From contig NC_067403.1 of NCBI RefSeq assembly GCF_016432865.1, positions 218,426,001 through 218,490,000 of the forward strand: a stretch of DNA of 64,000 nucleotides, read 5' to 3'. The notes below the pieces were generated by a model. It saw only the letters and a program-made list of their open reading frames with translations. It did no database searches and was not told the DNA's origin. The translations under genes were made by a program, and so were the position numbers. Shown here in pieces: positions 50,750-60,420 of this stretch. The stretch is from Antechinus flavipes (lineage: Eukaryota). Each line of letters starts with the position of its first letter. Position 1 is the first letter of the stretch.

Positions 50750-52500
50750 AACTTTGACAATGCTCTCTAAACATTTTCCCTGGAGTCCATAGTTTCATCT
50801 TGTCCCAGCTGTTTCATTTTCTCCTCATCAACACAACGTGTGTGTTATAATAACTCTTCAATCCTTGCTTCTTCTATAGCTCAGGGAGGCTATGAAAGGA
50901 TAGAATGACTCCCATTCTGTTGTGTTTTGTTTTTCTATTTTCCTCTTAAATTTTTTGTACTTGTTTAGAGCATAAAAGATAAAAAAAAATTATCAAAATG
51001 TAATAAAGAGATCCATTCTCCTAATACACTGGCCTGGATATGTGAGAACAACAGCCTAAATATTAGGGGCTATTATTGTAACATTATTCTCTAAAGTACT
51101 TGAGAATCCTGGAATTACATTTCAACAAAATAGGTTAAGGGTTGTAAAGACCTATTTTGTTAGTGCATATTTTCTACCACAGAAAACAGAATAGATTGGT
51201 TTTTCCTGTCATATTGCATGCTGGATGTTAACACAACTACACACACAGCATATATAAGATTAAAGTCATTGTGGTAAGGACAAAACTATGTCTTTTCAGA
51301 GGGAGTGCCAACATAGAGCATAATAGTGAGTGGCCAAGACATAATTAGGAATCCTTGTATTTGGGGCAAATTCAATTGAGTAGGACATAGAAGGGACACT
51401 GCTGAGGACATCCTATACTATAGGGGATATCCCTTCCCAGGATCCAGATTACATTTCTCCCAACAGAGAAATAGGAAGGCAGCAGGTAAGAAAGAGAGGA
51501 ATGGAAAAATTCAGTCCCTAGAATCCCTACCAGCAAAAAATATATATAGAATAGTCTTGGAAATATTGGTCAATATCTGGTAGAGGGGAAGGGACTGGGG
51601 AAGAGTTTTGTTATGAAAATAATCTGACAAGTCAACCTTCTCTTAATTCAGATTTGATATTAGGAAAAAATGAAACACTCCTAGAAAATCTGACAGTTGG
51701 CAAAGGGAATTTTGAAGATGAAGATCCAGAAAAGATAGAGAGTTGCTTCAGATAAGAGAAGCTCCCTTTCCTTTGAGTTCCCCATGGAAGTCTACCAGGA
51801 AAAAGCATCAGGAAGAGAACAGGGATCTGTGTCAATAGTTTGAGCCTTAAGTCCCCTGAGATAATTAAGCTCTGAGAATGGCTTTAATGCCTTTTAAGAA
51901 GAACTAGCCAGCCCACATGTCATACAAATATATTCCTCCTACCTCAAGTAGTGTGGGAAGAAGGATGTTTTCTCCAAGTTAGGATACTGAGGCAAATCCC
52001 TGATTACTTCATGTTAGTTATGGATCTCTCTGGAAGAGTCTAAAAAGGCAAAAGATCCATTAAGTATGGAGTCAATGAGGGGCTATCCTTTTTTTAAGTT
52101 TCAAAAGATTCATGAATTTTTTGGCTATACTAATTCTCAAAGACTAAATTATGTGCTACAATCTAAATCAAAATAAAGAGAGCACTCAGTTTAAAAACCA
52201 TTCTTAAAACTTCAGAATGTTATTCATAACACTCATGAGGTAGAGAATTCAAGTATCATTATCTTTATTTTACTATGAGCCTCAGAGGAAAGGGGAAGTG
52301 ATAAAGCCATAGGTCCTTAGTAAACAAACCATTCCAATTCTAGGTTCCTCTGCTAAGCAGTTACTATATTTTAAATTTCTAAAAACCTAGCTCCATCATT
52401 TCATCTCCTTGATTTAAAAAGATCCCTTATTTTTTCCTAATAACCTTATGAGAGGGATGTTGCTCAAGAAAGAAAAAAATATGAATGAAGTATACAATAT

Positions 52501-52742
52501 GGCAGCTAGATGGTACAGTAGATGGAGCTCTGGGGCTGGAATTAGGAAGATCTGAGTTTGAATGTGACCTCAGATACTTACTAGCTGTGTGACTCTGGGA
52601 AAGTCACTTCATCCTACTTGCCTTAGTTTCCTCACCTGTAAAATGATTTGGAGAAGGAAATGGTAAACTTCTCTAGTATCTTTGCCCAAAAAACCCCGAA
52701 ATGGGGTCATAAAGAGTTGGACACAAGTGAAAAATAACTCGC
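52501..52742 (+). mobile_element. Complete marsupial CORE-SINE (long form)
   Basis: Full head, core and ggagaaggaaatggtaaac...gagttggacac tail. Confidence 0.88.
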
Positions 52743-54354
52743 AAATTACTCAAGGTTATCCAGAATCATGAATGACAAATGGACAAGACCTTTCAAGGTT
52801 ATTATTCAATCCTTTTACTTATAGAAGAGGAGAATGAGAACCATGGTGGTAAAATGACTTGACTAATCTGAAACAATTTAGAAGTAGCAGAATTGAGATT
52901 TGAACCCACTTCTTTTACATGTTCTTCCACTGCTTTCTTCTGCCACCTACTGGCAGCAACCCAGCTGGACTTAACTGGACACAGTTATATTATTTTTTAA
53001 AATGAAGATAAAGCATATTAAGTACTTCGCAAATCTCAAAGTGCCATGTAAATGTCAGTTATTACCATCATCATCACTGGAAAAATGGAGACGGCTAATC
53101 AGTAGCTCAACTTATCCCAGGCCACAGGGATAAATAAAAATAAATCTGTCATTGATACAGCACTGGAAGCTTTTGCAAAGTGCTTACCAATCATTATCTC
53201 ATGAAAGCCTCACATCAAGGCTGTAGTATAAGTACTTGCTGCAGACATGATCACCTTCACTTAGCAAACCAAGAAATGGCCTCAGAAGTTCAGGTCACAC
53301 AAATAATGAATATTTAGCACAAGCAACAAACCCAGGTCTTTTTTACTTCAAGTCACAGTTGTCTATTTTACAAAATTTTCTAAAACAAATAAAAAAAGGT
53401 TTTATTTGAGCTGTTATGTGGAGTGTTTGTGAGATTGGAGTTTTCTGGGTCTTTTTATTATCTGAATTTTCCACTTCAGTTTGAATGAGATCAGAAAATA
53501 ATATATTTTCCAGTGACCTCATAAAGGCTTGCATTTCTAAGATGACGCTACCCCTGTATTTTAGTTCATGGTCAATGTCATTAGAGATGCCTTGGAAAAA
53601 ACTGGACCAGTACCAAAAGGAAGAGAGTATGTCCCACTGTTTGAACCTGCCTCATTCCTTGCCTTACTCTGGCTCCTAAAATCAATGTTGCCATCAGAGA
53701 GAGTTGGGGTACTTTTGTCTCACAAACTTAATCTCTGGGCCCTGATATTTTCTTTTTATTGATTTTTTTTCACTTAGGGCAGCTTTTTCAGATACCTAGA
53801 TCATGAGACAAATAGACAAACTAAGTTGTTGCTAAATGTAACTCCAACATGAAGAAATTCAGAGTTTGAAAGGTATACAGGGAAGGAACAACATCAAAAT
53901 TAGACTAATTTTTATTTACTCAGCACACTCCAGGTTTGAAGATGATCTATCAACTGCCCCTATTCAGCAGCATCTTTGCCTACTCATATTTAATGACATT
54001 TCTCAGTTTTATTAAAAATAAAAAAAATTCTTACCCATATATCCTCAGTCTTTTTTGTTCTGCCTCCAGGTCCCCTTAAGCTTTCTTTTTAGAGCCTCTA
54101 TTTCATCTTTAGCAAATGAAGGAAGGTTCTCCTTTCTCAAGACTCTAGGTTTCTCTCCTAGAGAGCCACTGTACCCTATTGGGTCATGTGGATCCCTGGA
54201 TGAGGAAGGCTATTTCATTCTGGGCTTCATTTTGAGACTGTGGTCACATGGCAAGTCATTCCCCCATATCATCTCCCATTGTGTTCCAGATCTATAATAT
54301 AGGATCCTGTTCTTTCTCTTAGTATTTTTAAATAATCTATCTTGCCTTTTATCT

Positions 54355-54550
54355 TTTTTGTGATTGATATAGCTAAATGGGATATCAGAGAGACTTGAGT
54401 TCAAATCTTGTTGAAGATTTATTAGCTTTGTGACCCTGGTCAAGACACTTAATTTCTCTCAGATTCAGTTTCTTCATCTCTAAATGGTCATGATGGGTAG
54501 GGGGAGGTTGAAGGAACTCTTAAGGTACTTCCTGATCAAGATCTATGAAG
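54355..54550 (+). mobile_element. MIR-like SINE
   Basis: gacttgagttcaaatc...gtgaccctggtcaagacacttaa...tttcttcatctctaaatg. Confidence 0.75.
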
Positions 54551-56494
54551 CTATTCTAACTGTTTGTGGCCCCTATGTCTCTTTTCCAAAAATCATAAAT
54601 TAGGGGGCCTTGGTTCTCCTTGAATCCTTGTTTAGGTTATTTTGGACTTTAAAACTATGCCCTCTTTACTACTGGTTCATGCTGGAACTTCCTTGAGCTT
54701 TTGGGGTCTCTTCACCCTAGAAGAGCCTGCCATCACTATAGAATATCCCTTTCCATGGTCTACATTCCTTTTTTCTTCTACCATTCCCCCCTCCCTCCCC
54801 TTGTAACTCAGCAAATAAGCTGGTCTCAAAATCCATGGCAAATGGAAGGTAGAAATTTCTGTTAACATGAATAAATGAAAAAAAAAAACCTTGGAATCAT
54901 CAAAATGAAGAATATGTGAGTCTAATTTCCATAACCCAGACTGAATTTAACTTTCTGGAATTACTGCATTTACCAGATATTAGTTGATCCTGGAATATAG
55001 GATACACTTTATTTTAAGAATAAGATTTTTAAAGTCTTTGCAAACAATGAAAAATTACATTAATAACAGGGATATTTGGGTTTTATAACCATTTGACCTC
55101 AAAATCATTTTCCACACAGATGCCAAAACAATCTTTTCAAGACTATGCCATTTTTCTGATTAAAAACTCAGTATCTCCTTATTAGCTATAGGATAAAATG
55201 TTGACTCCTTGGACTGGTGTTTAAATCCCTCCATAGTCTAACTTCAACTTACTTTTTCAGGTTCATTTCCCAGAATCTCTTTTAAGTTTGGTAGAAGAAA
55301 AAAGGAATGTAGACCATGGAAAGGGATATTCTATAGTGATGGCAGGCTCTTCTAGGGTGAAGAGACCCCAAAAGCTCAAGGAAAAAATCTCTTTTGTTCA
55401 CTTTACATATGAGCCAAACTGAGCTGCTGGCTATTATATTGCCTGCTTCCATACATTTGCACAAGCCAACTTCCAGTCCTAGAATATTTTTTCTCATATA
55501 AACCTGTATACATCTATATAAGCCCTTAAGTCTCTCTGAATTCTTCATAACCATTATTTCTCAAAACAAAAACAATTTCACTTCATTTATATACCATGAT
55601 TTGTTCAGTCATCCCTTAATTTGCAGGCACTCTTTCCCCTACCTCTAGCAAATGGAAGTATTTAGTGAATTTATTTAGTGAACTTGTGATCATGGATTAA
55701 TATCACACCTCTTAGATAATGTAAATTTATTTTTAAAGGACAATCTGGGGAAAAATCTATATCCCCAAAGAATGGCTATAATGAGGGAATTTTAGGCACT
55801 GTTATGAGCCAGTGCGGGAGATACTCTGGAGTAGGGGGACTTTCTGGAATATCTCAGATCACACCCTATGGAAGCCAAAACCTGAAATTGTCCCTAGCCA
55901 CAAATACTGAATCTCTCATCCAGAGATCCTCTAACACTTTATAAATAATTTTCCTAAGCACATTTTTACAGATGGGAAATATAAAAGCATGAGCCACACA
56001 TACATGGATCATAGGACACACAACTAGTTTGAGTCAGTGATACAATGAGGCATTCTAAGTCTCTGGGATCACTGGATGTGATTTCTTCAGGAAACCACAA
56101 ACTTGGTTTCAAAGTTTGGTATTCATGTTTCCTGTGTCTTCTTCCTTCCCATCTATTCCTCCCATAACTGTCCACTATCAGGATCATATTTTTTAAAAGG
56201 TAAACCAAATACGAGCGATAATTTAGAAATTAATCTAATATTTCAATAATCAGTTGCCATCTTGGATAGATTTGGGTTTGGGAATCAACTGAGATAAAAT
56301 CCCCTCTCAGATACTTACTAGTTATGTGACTGGCAAGTGACTTAAGTGTTCTATTGCATGTGGATAATAATAATACCTTGCTATATTATTGGGAGAACCA
56401 AATAATACATGTAAAAGTGTTTTGCAAACATTAAAATGTTACATATTAGCTATTTACTATTACTATTATCTTAAGCTTAGTTTCATTTATTTTA

Positions 56495-58178
56495 TTTATT
56501 CTTTTGTTGATATGAATCTTAAAAACATAATATATATTTCCCACATTAAGAGAAAATATAAACAATTTGTCCATGTTTGAACAGTTTGTTCATGTTGAGT
56601 TCCTTAAAATTGATCTTTGATATTGGCTTTTATAAACCAATTTTCTGTTAAGTTTGGGTTTGATTGCTAGAATATCCTGAAAATCTTCAAGTTCACTGAA
56701 GGTACATTTTTTCCCTCATTCAAAATTATAGATAATTTTGCTAGATATGATATTTTTGGCTGCAGGCCTAGTTCTTTTGATTGTTGGTAGATGTGATTCC
56801 AGGACCCGAGGTCTTTTGTTGTAGCTGCTGATACATATAACTCTAATGGTAGATCCAGCATAGTTGAATTATTTTCTTCTTGTTTCTGGCAAAATTTTCT
56901 CTTTGATCAGGAGGTTTCAAAATTTGGCAATAATAGTCCTGTGTTTCCACAAAGGACCTAACTCTTTGAGGTGGTGATTGGTGGACTTTTTCTTTTTCTA
57001 CTTTCTCCTCATATTCTATCACTCCAGGATAATTTTATTGGATTATTTCATGCATTATTGTGTCAAGGTTCTCTTTTTGGTCACAACTTTCAGGCAGTCC
57101 AATTATTCTTATATTTTCTCTTCTTGATCTGTTCTCCAGATCTATCATTTTTCTCCTATAAGATGTTTCACATTCTGTTCTATTTTCTCATTCTTTATAA
57201 TCTGTTCTGTTATTTTTTGGTCTCTTATGATTTTACTGGCTTATCCTTGCTCAATTCTAATTTTCAAAGAATTATTTTCATCTTTGACATTCTGTACCTC
57301 CTTTTCTAGTGGGTTAACTCTTTTTCATAATCTTCTTGCATGGCTTTTTTGTTTTGTTTTGTTTTTAGTTTTTCCTCAATGTCTCTCATTTGAATTTTAA
57401 ATTCTTTTTTGAGTTCTTTTATAAATTTTCTCTGGACTAGGAGTCATTTTACATTACTCTTTGGGGTAGAACCTTTTGTTTTTTAACTAAAGAGTCCTCC
57501 TCTGAAGATAAACTCTGGTCTTCCCTGTTCCCAAAATATGTTTCAATGGTGGGGTTCTTTCTTCTTTGCCAGTACATTTTTTTAAAAATGAGAGGTATTA
57601 GTATAAGCACCTCCAATCATGATGTGGAGAATGGTGCCTCAAGCTTCCCTTCAGCTCGACCCTCTAAACTAGAACCCCAAATTAAGAGCTCCCCCTTTCT
57701 GCAAGTGTCCACAGCCAGCAGCATCCCTGCCCTGCTGCCTCTGCACTCACCTGGTGCTGGTTCCTTCTTGTTCAGGACTGCATCTTTGCAGCACAGCTGA
57801 GCATGGTGTTCCCAATCAGCAGAGATTCACTCAGTCCTTCCAGGCTCAGACCCCAACTCAACATATCCCCGGTCTGGTGGATGTGAAAGTCTCTGTGGTT
57901 CCTGCTGAGGCTCTACATGCAGCTAGCCCCAAGGGTCCCCACTCAAAGTTTCTGTGGAGCTAGCCTGGAGCTGTCTGCACTCCAGACAGAGTAACCAGTT
58001 TAAGGTCTTCTTTCAGATCTTCTCAGGTTGTATCTAGAGGACTCTGCTCTCCCCCAAGTCTTCTTGGTTTTTTACCAATCTATGTTCAATCTGAAACATA
58101 AATTTGTCCTAATTGTGGGGGAAATTGGGAGCTTGAAATTTACCACTCTACTCCATTATCTTCTCAGAATCCTCCCTA
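56495..58178 (-). mobile_element. ORF1-only L1-derived element (HAL1-type), complete TPRT insertion
   Basis: It has a 5' UTR (~57580-58178) and a degenerate ORF1 running from QRRKNPTIETYFGNREDQ to WNHIYQQSKELGLQPKISYLAKLSII, then a short 3' region and an A-rich tail. It is flanked by a 17-bp TSD, tagtttcatt(t/c)atttta (56478-56494 and 58179-58195). No ORF2. Confidence 0.85.
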
Positions 58179-59971
58179 TAGTTTCATTCATTTTAGATAC
58201 AGAGTTCTACCAGTTAGGATTACAAATATAACTTAGTAGATGATGATCATTAAGAGATGCTATAAGCAGAAAATTAATTCTGTGGCCAAAAGGTGTCAAG
58301 TCTCCCCCAGACCCTTAGATTAGTCATTCTATAACAGATGCAACAGACTAAAGACTGAAGCCTCTGGTGAGGAAGTCAATCTGGGTTCAAAGACCCAAAA
58401 AGGGACACCAAGAGTTGGAGACAATTGAAAACTAGTGAAAAACAACAACAGCATGAAAATGAATTTCACCATGACCACCCAATATTGCCCTGGCAATTCA
58501 GGTTACAAGAAACTTCAGTGAATAAGACCATTCCCATGAGTTTCAGTTAATGGTAGTTTTACTGCCTCACTTTCAAAGAAGGAACAATCTTTGATAGCTT
58601 TACATTAAGGTTAATGTTAAAGTCAAAAAGAAAAGAAGCCGAGACCATTTAGTAATCCTCAGTTCTGTAAGATAAGTACTATGTTTAAGACCTCAAATTA
58701 ATGTGATTCATCCTAATAATTTCTGCCCATGAAGTTGCAAACTAACATTTTTTTTAGTGAAAGTTTTTATAAATTGCATTGAGTGAGGAATAGAACAATT
58801 CTGAACTTACCTACACCACATGTCTGAGAGTTTAATTACAGTTCTTGGTCATTTTAATAGATTAATAGTTTCTCAGTGCTGAAAGAAGAAGCTTATAGAC
58901 TATGAATCATATAGCCCACAGAAGGCTAAACTGAATGACCCAGAAGTTAAACAATTTGGGCAAAACCACACAGTAAAATTTGTTACACAGGCAGGGTTAA
59001 AACACAGCTCTCCTGTTTCCTTGTGTAGTGTGCTCATTGCATTGTACACCATTCTTGATAAGTCTTAGGTTATTCATTCAATTCAAAACTAAGAACCTAA
59101 TATCTTCCAGGTATTTTACTCATTTCTAGGAGCATAAAGACAAAAATGAACAGTCCCTGACCTCAAAGAGTTTATATTTTGCTGGAAAAAAAGTATCACC
59201 TTTAGATCTTCATCACAGCCACAGAAGCAGAACTCTGACCAATTAATGAGTCTAATGAATAAATTGGGGACCAGGCAGATAGCCCCCTAGCATAGAAATG
59301 AGGGAGATGTGGCAAGGGGAGGGAAGGCACAGGTATGTAATTAGGGAAGCACAGGGTCAAATGCTTTCTACCTTGGCCAGAGAGTTTACACAGGAACAAT
59401 AATCTGATGCCCTTTCCAGTTCTAACATTCTATCTGTCTGGAATCCTTTCTATTCTTGAATTTTATACTCTCAACTCATTCCATGGTCTAGCTTTGTTCT
59501 GCACTCACCTCCAGCTTTGACACACTGTTTTCCATATGCTAATTTCCTTCTAGATCTGTATTCTCTGAGTAAATATGTGGTTATCTTTCATTTCAAAGAG
59601 AGCAATGACATCCAATTTACTCACAAGCCAAGATCTCTGTGATCTTGGGCAATTGATTTCTTAGAGTTAATCTTCCTCAACAGAAAAATTATGGAGTTGG
59701 AATAGATATTCTATGAGGTCCCTTTCAGCTGTAAATCTATGATTTATTATTTTGTACCTCAGTTTCTTTGTAAGTTTGTAAGTAAGCTTGGCTTAATGAT
59801 AATGCAAGAACAGAAAGTCATGAGCAAAAGAACAGATGTTATACACATGAATAAGCTGCATTGAGGAGAAGGTAACAAGTTAGCATGGGACGTGAGTGGT
59901 ACATGAAAGTCACTTAACCTATATCTGCCTTAATTTCCTCATTGTGAAATGTAAAATGTAAAAAAAAAAAC

Positions 59972-60032
59972 CAACAAAACAAAACAAAACAAAACAAAAC
60001 AAAACAAAACAAAACAAACAAACAAACAAACA
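59972..60032. repeat. (CAAAA)n/(CAAA)n microsatellite
   Basis: Direct reading. Confidence 0.95.
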
Positions 60033-60269
60033 TTTAACAGCTATTTGACTCTGGGCAAGTCATTTAACCACTTAGCAATCAGCTTCCTTAAAAATAAAAT
60101 GGTTAATAATAGTAATTACCTCCCAGGGAAGGTAAGGAGCAAATATTTGTAAAGCACTTGGTGAGCCTTAAATCATTAAAAATACTGTTACTATCATTAA
60201 CAAAACCCGGACTTGAAATCACCAAACGAGAGGATCTATATTTGGAAGGAATATTTGCAACCCACTAGC

Positions 60270-60420
60270 TTAACCTTTTATTTTACAGATGAGGAAACTG
60301 AGACCCAGAGAGGAAGGGATTTATTTAAAGTCACTCAAGTAATCAGAAACAGAGCCAGAAGTCAAAACCAGATGCTCTGCTTCCAAAACTAACATTCTTT
60401 CCACTGCCCATGCTGCCTGC
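60270..60420 (-). mobile_element. MIR SINE
   Basis: ttttacagatgaggaaactgagacccagagag...cagagccagaa. Confidence 0.8.

Larger units (their letters stand above)
48060..50782 (-). mobile_element. Internally deleted, 5'-truncated class II ERV provirus (gag - IN remnant - env remnant - PPT - 3' LTR)
   Basis: Gag, IN C-terminus, TM-like remnant, PPT and LTR are collinear on the minus strand. No protease, RT or RNaseH motifs lie between gag and IN, and no second LTR copy is visible upstream of gag. Confidence 0.9.

Noticed and set aside
51124-51161. 12-bp perfect inverted repeat aacaaaataggt/acctattttgtt
   Set aside because: One such hairpin is plausible by chance in 64 kb of AT-rich DNA, and there is no TSD or miRNA-length stem.
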